Shown here: piece by piece, positions 31,401 to 39,236 of the stretch
Layout of the letters: each line of letters starts with the position of its first letter
How positions within the stretch are numbered: the first letter of the stretch is position 1
Assembly: GCA_938034975.1 (NCBI GenBank)
Contig: CALHNI010000006.1
Span: forward strand, 7,790-71,789
Reading direction: 5' to 3'
Length of the DNA: 64,000 nt
DNA from: Candidatus Goldiibacteriota bacterium
GTDB lineage: Bacteria > Oederibacteriota > PGYV01 > DYJU01
Position numbers and translations under genes: made by a program
Notes under the pieces: generated by a model
Told to the model about the DNA's origin: nothing
Seen by the model: the letters and a program-made list of their open reading frames with translations, nothing else
The model's database searches: none

Positions 31401-31491
31401 AAAATGTTAAAATTATTAATGATATTAAAAAAAAATTTTTTTTATATCTTAAAAAAATAGCCCCTATCTTTTTTTTAAAAGACAGGGTCAT
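28435..31491 (-). CDS. Large tetratricopeptide-repeat (YbgF/CpoB-like repeats) protein
   Basis: More than 20 TPR-like units (..A.Y..G..YY..G.Y..A...F..). The start is placed at Met37 (31491), because the longer ORF overlaps the upstream LysM gene. Confidence 0.8.
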   Translation of the reverse strand: MTLSFKKKIGAIFLRYKKNFFLISLIILTFFQNNNLIGFFDKRQENQIRIYDIGKEFYEDEKYKFSETLLENYINEEKKYLFNNEAIFFNAENKNNLGEYKKSINLYLSILEQYPDTKTKYKEKIYYMLADNYFQLKNYTESLRYLDNMIEQFPNGYLIKNAYLLKAENLFLLDKFDDALNMLNKLEQVDNYEFLDYVYYLSGRIYYEKIFTTEKKDRKDLAEKSISYFNKIKKEFPQSRILNYVYFREANVYYALEDYNKAIFLINNLLKTENNIKIKNILKYYLAWNYFMMEDYNKSMQIYDEIIKDFTDEILGIWSKYKKGLCFEALNKNDKAVEQFKNVLNENPDTIPAAYSEYALAFYYFKIGEYSESINMLKEIIEKYEIEDLKKAAYYMLGEINIKMQRYIAAREIYEEIKNKFLSEEYNAQYLIAWCLSKEGEYKKAIDIYSDLLTKDVSYEFKLKTKLKIADNYYELNMLDEADNIYNEIIKEKKNYPDITAEAYYAKGWIFYKKEDYKNAINMFEYARQIATQNDMKLNSKFMIANMLYCDYKFNDALNIYQNILTESNIDEKIKLESIFYSALCYYRKEEFENAIKLWKEFEIKAKDRVRKAESLFRIGWAYFRMNRFSQAKDAFDRIIRDYKDTHYYQEALLKTGDCYYNSGEYENAITQYKNLVEKYPDHYAVSDALYGVQWSYYQLGEFDKAVELSREFIEKYKGSSFAPEIKYRIAEHYYNVGKYDTAIKEFTEFIEKYPENNLSANAYYWLGISYYNLSKYYEAVNIWKELLKKYQNTDFYDKTVFKLGTAYYKLREYNAAIENFKVIVEKFNDSKYIDDAYFNIAISNKRLGNIDEAKNWYNKLIEKGKNLKLVERSLMNLGYIFQDEKNYDEAIKYFRKVVAMKMAKAAEAQFWIGDSYYLKGESDKAADEYLTLYKNFKNEEMWVITALDSAGKIYEAQGNLTKAISTYKKIPEITKNKKYIDYAKKKIELLQEQHKILNPVKEQGKVKSKEKSKGKEK

Positions 31492-31504
31492 TTTATTTAT
31501 CTTT

Positions 31505-32113
31505 TTAATATTTAATTGGTAATTTTTTACGTGGGGTTGAATGTGGTTCATAAGGCGGTGTTTCTTTTGCCTTTCGAATTGCATCCTCAACTTCATCACG
31601 TGAAAAATCTTTTTTTATCTTTAAATTTTGTCTTGGATAAATTAAATCAGGATCTTCTATAATTGCTTTATTTGCTTTATATATCAATGGCCATTTAAAA
31701 CTATTAGCGTATATATTTTTTTTGCCGGATATTTTCCACAAACTGTCTCCTTTAACAACTTTATATTTAGATACTGCTGTTTTAGGTGCTTCTTCTTCCT
31801 CTTCAACAGGCGGTGGAGGAGCAGATTCTTCGGCTAATTCCTCAACCGGCGGTGGCAATTCTGATGCACTCTCTTCTTCTGGTGGAGGCGGTAATTCTGA
31901 TGAACTTTCTTCTGAAGGCGGTGGTGGTAATTCTGATACTCCTTCTTCTGCTGGCGGTGGCGGTAATTCACCAATATCATCTGGTGCGCCAAAAGATTCG
32001 TCAGCATCTGGTGGTGGTGGTAAAGCAAAATCATCCTGAGCAATAACTAAATTTGCACCAAAAGTAAATAAAAATACAACTACCGATAACACCAAGCATA
32101 TATTTTTTTTCAT
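31505..32113 (-). CDS. Secreted Pro-rich protein with C-terminal LysM domain
   Basis: Signal peptide, (S/E)ELPPPP repeats, LysM segment YKVVKGDSLWKISG..PDLIYPRQNLKI. SD GGAGG lies upstream. Confidence 0.85.
   Translation of the reverse strand: MKKNICLVLSVVVFLFTFGANLVIAQDDFALPPPPDADESFGAPDDIGELPPPPAEEGVSELPPPPSEESSSELPPPPEEESASELPPPVEELAEESAPPPPVEEEEEAPKTAVSKYKVVKGDSLWKISGKKNIYANSFKWPLIYKANKAIIEDPDLIYPRQNLKIKKDFSRDEVEDAIRKAKETPPYEPHSTPRKKLPIKY
31808..31975. repeat. ~36-bp tandem repeat encoding ELPPPPxEExxS units
   Basis: About 3.5 copies of ggcggtgg(n)gg taattctgat(n)a(c)t(n)tcttcttct read on the plus strand. Boundaries are approximate. Confidence 0.7.
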
Positions 32114-32206
32114 TTATACCTCCTTTTTAAAATATTAGTATTGTGAAAAGTTTTTTATCCTTTTCACTTAAAAATCCTTTTATTCATATACTTTGGTTGC
32201 CTTTTG

Positions 32207-32318
32207 TTCCCTTTTTGTCAAAGTGGGATTTAGGGGGATTTACATACATCCATTTTCTTTTTCTCGCTTTCTTTTAATTTAAAATCTCCCCTAACCCCTC
32301 TTTATTAAAGATGGGGAA
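32207..32318. repeat. G/C-rich imperfect inverted repeat element
   Basis: Left arm at 32207-32241 (ttccctttttgtcaaagtgggatttagggggattt), right arm at 32281-32318 (aaaatctcccctaacccctctttattaaagatggggaa). The arms are roughly 70% complementary by eye. Confidence 0.6.
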
Positions 32319-32431
32319 ATGTATATTATTTTCAATACTTTTAGTATATATTTTAATCTCTGCCTTCTTTCTTTTTCATAGAACTTTTACATTATCAAAA
32401 TATTTTTATTCTAAAATTTAAAACCTAATTT

Positions 32432-32506
32432 TGGAGCGGGAAACGGGACTTGAACCCGCGACTTTCTCCTTGGCAAGGAGACGCTCTACCACTGAGCTAT
32501 TCCCGC
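32432..32506 (-). tRNA. tRNA-Gly (anticodon GCC)
   Basis: Minus-strand sequence GCGGGAATAGCTCAGTGGTAGAGCGTCTCCTTGCCAAGGAGAAAGTCGCGGGTTCAAGTCCCGTTTCCCGCTCCA forms a cloverleaf with a TTGCCAA anticodon loop. Confidence 0.93.
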
Positions 32507-32532
32507 TTTATACTTTATAATAAAGTATTTAA

Positions 32533-32561
32533 ATTATAATAACTTTATTTAATATTGTCAA
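32533..32561 (-). promoter_or_regulatory. Consensus sigma70 promoter for tRNA-Gly (TTGACA-N17-TATAAT)
   Basis: Minus-strand TTGACA at 32561-32556 and TATAAT at 32538-32533, about 27 nt upstream of the tRNA 5' end. Confidence 0.65.
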
Positions 32562-32646
32562 TTTAAAATTAAATAATTTTTTATCTAATATTAATTGATT
32601 TATTATCTTTAATCGCATTTCAAAATATATAAATATATATATAATA

Positions 32647-32831
32647 CCTGAGAATCTCGTTATTAGAAAATTGTGATCTTCAGGATAAAAAAATAATTAA
32701 AATATTATTAAAAACTTATAAATTTTTAAAACAACACTTTTTTTTTATCAAAAAAAATTGTGAATAAAAATAACGCATTATAAATTCAAAAATTATTAAA
32801 TAAAAATGCTTTTTCTAACACGTTTTTACGG
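32647..32831 (-). repeat. Double-hairpin intergenic repeat, copy D (inverted orientation)
   Basis: cctgagaatctcg..gtgatcttcagg hairpin at 32647-32684. Core tgtgaataaaaataacgcattataaa. Ends ..ttagaaaa(rc)..cgtttttacgg at 32831. Confidence 0.8.
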
Positions 32832-32838
32832 AATATCT

Positions 32839-33606
32839 TTAAATATTAAAACTTAAAGTAAATCCCAATCTATAAGCAGGAATAACCGGAAATTGCGCAT
32901 GATAAGTCCAGTTTTGCCATATCCAGTTTGTAATTTCTGTTCCTGGTTCTGTTGCAGAGCCACCAAATTCTAAAAATAAACCAATGGTTAAAATCTTTTT
33001 ATTATCTGCTATTAAATTAAAATCTGACCCAAAAATCAAAGCATAAGTAACTGCAATTTCATTTATAATATCGCTATATGCACGGCTACCGTCCTGATTA
33101 CCAAAACCAATTTCAAAAGGCACAAGTCCTGCTGCTAATCCGATATATGGCTCAACAATATCATTTATGGGATAAATAAATCTTCCTCCAACCCTTCCCA
33201 TAGTTGCTTTTGATATATAGTAAATATCATTATCTAGTATTGGTGAAATTGAAGAACTATGATTGGGATTTGCATCCCAGACAGCAATACCTTTTAAATA
33301 ACTCCCTGCTTTGCCCATTAAAAGATTTGATCTTAAAATTGTTATATCCATAAATAATTCTAAATTTTCTGAAAAACGTAAAGCCATAATCATACCAAAC
33401 ATATAACCACCAAAATATTGTTTTTCAGCATTTTCGTCAACAAAACCCCAGAATCCGGCATCCTTATTATTTGTAAAAGAAACATCATTTGATAATGCGG
33501 CAATCACTTTCATTTTGAAACTCTCTTCTTTTTTTTCTTCATCTGCCATTATGTTTACACTAAAAGTTAAAACAACAATAAAAAACAAAATGAAAAATTT
33601 TTTCAT
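32839..33606 (-). CDS. Hypothetical small outer-membrane beta-barrel protein
   Basis: Signal peptide (..VNIMADEE), alternating hydrophobic pattern, 255 aa. Confidence 0.5.
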   Translation of the reverse strand: MKKFFILFFIVVLTFSVNIMADEEKKEESFKMKVIAALSNDVSFTNNKDAGFWGFVDENAEKQYFGGYMFGMIMALRFSENLELFMDITILRSNLLMGKAGSYLKGIAVWDANPNHSSSISPILDNDIYYISKATMGRVGGRFIYPINDIVEPYIGLAAGLVPFEIGFGNQDGSRAYSDIINEIAVTYALIFGSDFNLIADNKKILTIGLFLEFGGSATEPGTEITNWIWQNWTYHAQFPVIPAYRLGFTLSFNI

Positions 33607-33633
33607 AACTTGCCTCCAATTTAATTTTTAAAA

Positions 33634-34446
33634 TTATTTTGTAAAAAACTCTTTAATTTTTCCAGCAATTGATGTTTTTTCATTTATTTTATCAACAATC
33701 AACTTAATTTTTTCTTCAGCAGCTTCTTCGCCTTTTTTTATAATTTCTATTTTTTTAGAAAGATCAAAAGGATTATATTTTCCTATATCCGGTTGTATTA
33801 CTACCAATTTTTTTTCTATATTTTCTAATTTGGTATTTCTTTGAATCATAAGCTGCAAACTTTTCCATACTATACTAAAAATATCAACATGGTGAATATT
33901 TAACCCAAATGCCTTTGCTATTAAATCAACTCCTATTACAAAATCAGCACCTAAATCAAAAGCGGTTTTAACAGGTAAATTATTTAAAATTCCACCATCA
34001 ACATAAATGTGTTCTCCCTGCCTGAAAGGGCTGAAAATTCCAGGCAAACTACAACTCGCTCTGACAGCATCTGCAACAGAACCTGAAAGAAATACTTTTT
34101 CACTTCCATCACATAGATCAGTTGCTAAAACAGCAAATTTTATTACAGAATCTTCAATATTTTTTATTTTAACATTATTATTTAAAATTTCATAAATTCC
34201 ATCAATTGATAGTAAACCTTCTTTTGGTAAAGTAAACTTTAAGATTTTATTCCAATCAATCTTTAATGCAATATTTTCTATTTCTTCTGCTTTTTTGCCA
34301 TCAGCTAAAAATGCTCCAATAAGACTCCCAACGCTTGTTCCGACAATTATATCCGGTATTATATTATTTTTTTCCAGAACTTTAAGTACTCCAATATGTG
34401 CATATCCATATCCTACACCTCCGCTAAGCGCATAACCTATCCTCAT
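33634..34446 (-). CDS. Patatin-like phospholipase
   Basis: Oxyanion Gly-rich motif LSGGVGYGYAHIG, nucleophile elbow GTSVG, catalytic DGG. Confidence 0.88.
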   Translation of the reverse strand: MRIGYALSGGVGYGYAHIGVLKVLEKNNIIPDIIVGTSVGSLIGAFLADGKKAEEIENIALKIDWNKILKFTLPKEGLLSIDGIYEILNNNVKIKNIEDSVIKFAVLATDLCDGSEKVFLSGSVADAVRASCSLPGIFSPFRQGEHIYVDGGILNNLPVKTAFDLGADFVIGVDLIAKAFGLNIHHVDIFSIVWKSLQLMIQRNTKLENIEKKLVVIQPDIGKYNPFDLSKKIEIIKKGEEAAEEKIKLIVDKINEKTSIAGKIKEFFTK

Positions 34447-34465
34447 TTTTTTTTCTCCTTTAAAT

Positions 34466-35284
34466 TTACTTTTTTAAACCCAAATCTGATACAACATTAT
34501 CAATAATTTCAATATCAACTTTGGATTTTTTCATAAGAAACGCTTCTAAAAGTGCATTATCACAAATTGTATTTATCAATCGGGGTGTGCCACCGGAATA
34601 TTTATAAATTGCATCAATTGCCATTTCAGAAAAAATTTCTCCTACCCCTCCTGCCACTTTTAATCTATGATTTATATAATTTATAGTAGATTGCCTGTCT
34701 AACTTTTTCAATTTAAATTTAACTGCTATTCTTTGTTCTAAAGGTGGATCAAGTTTAATATTTTCTTCAAGTTCTGGCATACCTATTAAAATCATAGTTA
34801 ACAATTTTTGTCCTGGAACTTCCAGGTTTAAAAGCCCTCTGAATTCTTCAAAAATCTCTTTTGACTTTAACATATTTGCCTCATCAATAAGAATTATTGC
34901 CTTTTTCCCCTGTTCGTATAATTGCATCAATTTTTCATAAAATTGCGGTAATAGTTTTTGTTTTTCATCTGCCGGATTTTCAATACCTATTTGCACAGCT
35001 ATCCTTTTTAATAACCATGATGCTGTTATCTCAGAGTGCACCATAACAAGTAAAGATTCAACATATTGTTCATCTTCTTCCAATTTTTCTAATACTTTTC
35101 TTGCCAGGAGTGTCTTTCCTGTGCCAATATCACCAAGCATTACAACAAGTCCTTTCATTGTCTCTGCTGCGTGCAAAATACGCATCATTGCTTCTTTATG
35201 CTGTTCGCTATCATAATAAAATCTAGAATCCGGAGCATTGGAAAATGGTTGTTCCTGTAAATTAAAATACTGCTCGTAGCTCAT
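34466..35284 (-). CDS. ExeA/MshM-like AAA ATPase
   Basis: Walker A GDIGTGKT, Walker B ILIDEA, about 270 aa with the typical N-terminus YEQYFNLQEQPF. Confidence 0.8.
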   Translation of the reverse strand: MSYEQYFNLQEQPFSNAPDSRFYYDSEQHKEAMMRILHAAETMKGLVVMLGDIGTGKTLLARKVLEKLEEDEQYVESLLVMVHSEITASWLLKRIAVQIGIENPADEKQKLLPQFYEKLMQLYEQGKKAIILIDEANMLKSKEIFEEFRGLLNLEVPGQKLLTMILIGMPELEENIKLDPPLEQRIAVKFKLKKLDRQSTINYINHRLKVAGGVGEIFSEMAIDAIYKYSGGTPRLINTICDNALLEAFLMKKSKVDIEIIDNVVSDLGLKK

Positions 35285-35333
35285 AATTCTACCTTTTATC
35301 TTTTGTTAAAAAAATTTCTGTTATTACAATTAT

Positions 35334-35526
35334 CCGTAAAAACGCGTAAAAAAACGAGTTTTTATGGAAAAATAAAATATCTTTATCCTTTTTATTTAAT
35401 ATATTTTTATAATGCATTCTTTTTATTCACCAGTTTTTCTATTTAAATAAAATATAAGTATTATTTTAATTTGTTTAATAATATTTTTTTTCTGAAAAGT
35501 AAATATTTTCTATTGCACTTTTCAGG
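35334..35526 (+). repeat. Double-hairpin intergenic repeat, copy E
   Basis: 5' hairpin ccgtaaaaacgcg-taaaaaaa-cgagtttttatgg starts at 35334. The 3' hairpin ends at 35526, 1 nt from the stop codon of the upstream TPR gene. Confidence 0.85.
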
Positions 35527-35527
35527 A

Positions 35528-37714
35528 TTATATATAAGAAACCCTGTCAGTTGTTTTCTTTTTATCTTCTTTAATTTCTTCTTTTCCGTTGCCTTTTAAT
35601 TTTTTAAGTTCATCTAATTTAGCTTTTGCTTCTATATTATCTGCATCTTCAGAAATTATCTTATTAAGTATTTGTTCGGCTTCATAAAATAATCCCTGTT
35701 TCATAAATATTTCTGCTGATATAACAGTTGAAAAAATTACTTTTATATTTTTTTCTTCTGATTTTACTTCCTGTTTTTTCCTTTCTTCTTCCTGCTTTTT
35801 CTTTTCCTCTTCCTGTTTTTTCTTTTCCTCTTCCTGCTTTTTCCTTTCCTCTTCCTGCTTTTTCTTTTCTTCTTCCTGTTTTTTCCTTTCCTCTTCCTGT
35901 TTTTTCTTTTCTTCTTCCTGCTTTTTTCTTTCCTCTTCCTGTTTTTTCTTTTCCTCTTCCTGTTGTTTCTTTACCTGAGAATCCACAGATGAAATCCCTG
36001 CATATTGAGAATAAACTTTATTAAGTTTTGTTTTTATTGATTCATTTAAAGGTTCTATTGCAAGGGCTTTTTGATACATTTCTATTGCCTGTTCAAAATC
36101 TCCTGTTTTTACAAAACCCTCTGCCATAGCAATTAATGCAGGAACATCTTCCTGAACATCTGATTGAGAAACAGGAGCAGATGATATTACTGTTTCTTTT
36201 ATTTCAACTGGGCTTTCCAATATTATTTTGTCATGTGGTAAATCAGGTAATTTGAATTCTTCTGTTTTAAAAGGTTCATCTTTTATAGTTTGATGTTTTT
36301 TAGCATCAAAAATATTATCCTGAATTTGTGGTAATTTTACTGATTCAATTTTTTCTGGTTTTATTTTAATATCTTTTTTTAATTCAAAAACTTGCTTTTC
36401 TTTTACTGGTTCTGCTTTTGATTCTATAGTAAGTTTTTTAGCCCTTTCTACTATCTTGGGATGAGCGGGTTCCAATTCTTCTGCCATTTTTAAAAATTCG
36501 CGTTCTTTATTTTCCATCTTTTCTTTACTATAAATTTCTGATATTTTTATATAAACATCCGCTGCCTGTCTTTTTTTATTTTGCAAAGCCAAAACCTCTG
36601 CAAGTTTTTGTAAAATATCAATATTTTCCGGTTCTTTGCTTAAAATTTTATTTAAAATGTATTCTGCTTTGTCAAATTCTTTCTTTTTTGAATAAATATT
36701 TACAGCAACCATAAATTTGGCATTTGCTTCTTTTATTAATCCTTTTTGAAGATATATATCACCTAAAAGTTCCTGGGCTTCAGTATTCTCTTCATCTAAT
36801 TTAACGACTTTTGTTAAAATAGATATTGCCTGGTCTAACTGTCCTTTTTCTTTATTTATTTTGGCGGATAAGAGCAAACCCTCTGTATGATTTGCTTTAA
36901 ATTTTATTAAAACATCCAATTCTTTTTTGGCTTCATCAAATTCCTTTTTTACAAAAAGCACAGCTCCTTTAAAAAAATGAGCCTCTATACTTTTGGCTTC
37001 AATTGCTTTCTGGGCAAAAAAATCTACCTTTTCTATGTTTTTTTTAGCCCAGTAATACTCACATAAAAAAATATATTCCCGTTTTGTATCAGATTCACGT
37101 CCTTCTCTTTCATAAACTTCTGCGATTTTTTCTCTCATTTCAATATTGTCTGGTTGCAGTTCAATAATCTTCTGATAAACAGGAAGTGCTTTTTTATAAA
37201 TTCTGTTTTTATGATATATTTCTGCAACCTTATATAAAAACTTTAATGCCTCTTCTTTCATTCCTTTTTCCGCATATAATTCACCAATTTTCTGATACGT
37301 ATCAAAACTATCCGGATTTATTTGCAATATTTCTTTATATACATCAATTGCTTTATCAATTTCACCGTTTTCTATGAATTTTTCAGCTTCTGCATTTTTC
37401 TTTATCAGTATCTGCTTTTTTCTGTCTGCTTCAGGTAATTTATTAGAATCCAGTTTTGCAATTTTTTTGTAAATGATATTTGCTTTATCAGAAAGTCCCT
37501 GTTTGATATATGCTTCTGCTGTTAAAATATATGACTGATATGCAAGTGCATCTTCTCCTTTTTTGGCATATACATCACCAAGCATATTATGTATGTTATA
37601 ATCAGTAGGGTCCAGTATTATTAATTTTTTGTATTCCATAATTGCTTTATCCCATTTCCCTTCCTGCGTATAAATCATTGCCATTTTAAGAATGTCTTTT
37701 TTATTTTCAGCCAT
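35528..37714 (-). CDS. TPR protein with internal charged heptad (KKKQEEE)n tract
   Basis: N-terminal and C-terminal TPR units, about 10 heptads of [KR]KKQEEE. Sits upstream of the ExeA-like ATPase (MshN/MshM-like pairing). Confidence 0.8.
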   Translation of the reverse strand: MAENKKDILKMAMIYTQEGKWDKAIMEYKKLIILDPTDYNIHNMLGDVYAKKGEDALAYQSYILTAEAYIKQGLSDKANIIYKKIAKLDSNKLPEADRKKQILIKKNAEAEKFIENGEIDKAIDVYKEILQINPDSFDTYQKIGELYAEKGMKEEALKFLYKVAEIYHKNRIYKKALPVYQKIIELQPDNIEMREKIAEVYEREGRESDTKREYIFLCEYYWAKKNIEKVDFFAQKAIEAKSIEAHFFKGAVLFVKKEFDEAKKELDVLIKFKANHTEGLLLSAKINKEKGQLDQAISILTKVVKLDEENTEAQELLGDIYLQKGLIKEANAKFMVAVNIYSKKKEFDKAEYILNKILSKEPENIDILQKLAEVLALQNKKRQAADVYIKISEIYSKEKMENKEREFLKMAEELEPAHPKIVERAKKLTIESKAEPVKEKQVFELKKDIKIKPEKIESVKLPQIQDNIFDAKKHQTIKDEPFKTEEFKLPDLPHDKIILESPVEIKETVISSAPVSQSDVQEDVPALIAMAEGFVKTGDFEQAIEMYQKALAIEPLNESIKTKLNKVYSQYAGISSVDSQVKKQQEEEKKKQEEERKKQEEEKKKQEEERKKQEEEKKKQEEERKKQEEEKKKQEEEKKKQEEERKKQEVKSEEKNIKVIFSTVISAEIFMKQGLFYEAEQILNKIISEDADNIEAKAKLDELKKLKGNGKEEIKEDKKKTTDRVSYI
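35768..35971. repeat. 21-bp tandem repeat (~10 units) encoding [KR]KKQEEE heptads
   Basis: Plus-strand unit cttcctg(c/t)tttttc(c/t)tttc(c/t)t is repeated head to tail. Confidence 0.85.
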
Positions 37715-37797
37715 AATTCAAAATACCTTTCAAAATATTTACATATTTTAAATTAATTATAATATACATCCCTGAAAATCGCAATAGTGAATTACAT

Positions 37798-38029
37798 CCA
37801 TAAAAACGCGTTAGAAAATTCGTTTTTACTGGAATATAAAATATTTTTATCTTTTTTTTGTTTAATAATTTTTTATTTTTATAGCACATTACTTTAATTC
37901 ACCTGTTTTTTAATTTTAAAAACAAGGACACTCTTAAAATTCTTATTTGTTTTATTTGTTTATAAACCTTTTTTATATTTTCTCTTTTCTTCTGGAAATC
38001 GCATTTATTGAAAGATTGCGATTTTCAGA
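37798..38029 (+). repeat. Double-hairpin intergenic repeat, copy F (preceded by an extra half hairpin at 37771-37785)
   Basis: 5' hairpin at 37798-37832, core nearly identical to copy C, 3' hairpin tctggaaatcgca..tgcgattttcaga at 37991-38029. Confidence 0.85.
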
Positions 38030-38170
38030 AGAAAAAATACAAAAATAATATATTATTTAAAAAAATAAAATATTTAAAACAATACTTGAACTTTATTTTA
38101 AATTAAAAAACAGGTGAATAAAAGAATACATTATAAAAATAAAAATTTATTAAATAAAAATATTTTTAGT
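38030..38170 (-). repeat. Double-hairpin repeat, partial inverted copy F2
   Basis: The core is in reverse orientation (..aaaacaatacttgaactttattttaaattaaaaaacaggtgaataaaagaatacattataaaaataaaaatttattaaataa) and shares the 37991-38029 hairpin with F. It lacks the CCGTAAAAACGC hairpin. Confidence 0.7.
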
Positions 38171-38184
38171 TTTATAAATTTTTG

Positions 38185-39177
38185 TTATATTTTAATAAAT
38201 ATCCCAATTAATAATCCTGTTATAAACAATCCGCCTGCCAATTTGTTAAACCAGAAAGCCCAAACAACATACCATAAAGGCCAAATATCAGGAAAAGAAT
38301 CCGGCTTTTTTTCCGGTTTCTGTGTATCTAAAATATTTAAAAAAGTTTTAAATCTTTTAATTGAAAAAAAACATAAAAGTGTAAAAGGAGTTATTATTTT
38401 AAAAAAAACCAGTATAATTGTAATTATATAAAACATAGCAGCGTTAATTTTTGTAAATTTTATTGCGTTTTCAAAACCAAGTAAAACTGGCAGAGTTTTT
38501 ACACCCTTTTCCTCGTCGTTTTTATATTTATCAAGATGCTTACCTAAAAGAACATTCATAACAACAAGCCCATAAGGTATTGATGCCAAAATTATATTTA
38601 GATTAATACTTTTTGACATAACATAATATGTCCCGGCTGTAATTAAAGGGCCCCATATTAAAAAAATGGCAAATTCTCCAAGTCCTTTATATTTTAATTT
38701 TAACGGCGGAGCAACATAAAAAACACTCAGCAAAAAACCAATAACTGCCAGAACAATGACATAGATACCAATTTTCAATGTTAGATAAATAGCAATCATA
38801 AGTTCTATAAAACCAAAAATTAAAAAGGCTGACAATAATTCTTTTTCGCTGATTAAACCTGATACCAGTGGATGTGGTGAATATTGAACCCGTGGATAAT
38901 CTTTTGTATCAAGCCCTGATTTATAATCAAAAAAATCATTTATTAAATTATTTGAAGCATGCGCTAAAATCAGAGCAATACAAATTAAAAAAAGATAAAA
39001 TAAATTAAAATGGTTATTGGTAGCAGCGATCAAAGCACCTATTAATATAGAAGTTAAAGTCATAGAAAACACACAAGCCCTCGTAGCAATAAGCCATTTA
39101 CTTACAAAATCAATATTTTCTCCACTGGGGATATTGCCTGTATCTATGATAAATTTCCATTTTTTTAATAATTTCAT
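38185..39177 (-). CDS. UbiA-family prenyltransferase (MenA-like)
   Basis: Polytopic membrane protein with NNLINDFFDYKSGLD (NxxxDxxxD) and a second Asp-rich region. Confidence 0.8.
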   Translation of the reverse strand: MKLLKKWKFIIDTGNIPSGENIDFVSKWLIATRACVFSMTLTSILIGALIAATNNHFNLFYLFLICIALILAHASNNLINDFFDYKSGLDTKDYPRVQYSPHPLVSGLISEKELLSAFLIFGFIELMIAIYLTLKIGIYVIVLAVIGFLLSVFYVAPPLKLKYKGLGEFAIFLIWGPLITAGTYYVMSKSINLNIILASIPYGLVVMNVLLGKHLDKYKNDEEKGVKTLPVLLGFENAIKFTKINAAMFYIITIILVFFKIITPFTLLCFFSIKRFKTFLNILDTQKPEKKPDSFPDIWPLWYVVWAFWFNKLAGGLFITGLLIGIFIKI

Positions 39178-39200
39178 ATTTTTTTCCTTTTTTGTCTCAA

Positions 39201-39229
39201 ATTTTAATATATATTTAATAAAAGTTCAA
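39201..39229 (-). promoter_or_regulatory. sigma70-type promoter (TTGAAC-N17-TAAAAT) for the prenyltransferase gene
   Basis: Minus-strand TTGAAC at 39229-39224 and TAAAAT at 39206-39201, 7 nt from repeat G. Confidence 0.5.
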
Positions 39230-39236
39230 TTATTTT

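Noticed and set aside
31492-31599. Upstream extension of the large TPR ORF (start at 31599)
   Set aside because: The extension overlaps the 3' end of the LysM gene by 95 nt and encodes a basic non-signal sequence. Met37 (31491) begins a plausible membrane or signal segment 13 nt after the LysM stop.
31722-32046. Three overlapping ORFs (G-rich, L/V-rich, H/Q-rich) across the LysM gene repeats
   Set aside because: They are artefacts of the 36-bp proline-codon repeat read in other frames and on the other strand.
35728-36024. 98-aa plus-strand ORF (LPVFSFPLPAFS..) in the TPR gene
   Set aside because: It is the antisense reading of the 21-bp heptad repeat and is not an independent gene.
37707-38431. 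ORFs 37707..37889 (-) and 38114..38431 (+), plus short peptides beginning M(H/C/L)YKNK(K/N)LLNK encoded by many repeat copies
   Set aside because: The peptide similarity simply reflects DNA repeat identity. The frame is broken by early stops in copies H, D and C, and the ATG is absent in D. ORF 38114..38431 also runs antisense into the prenyltransferase gene. A conserved small protein is therefore unlikely.
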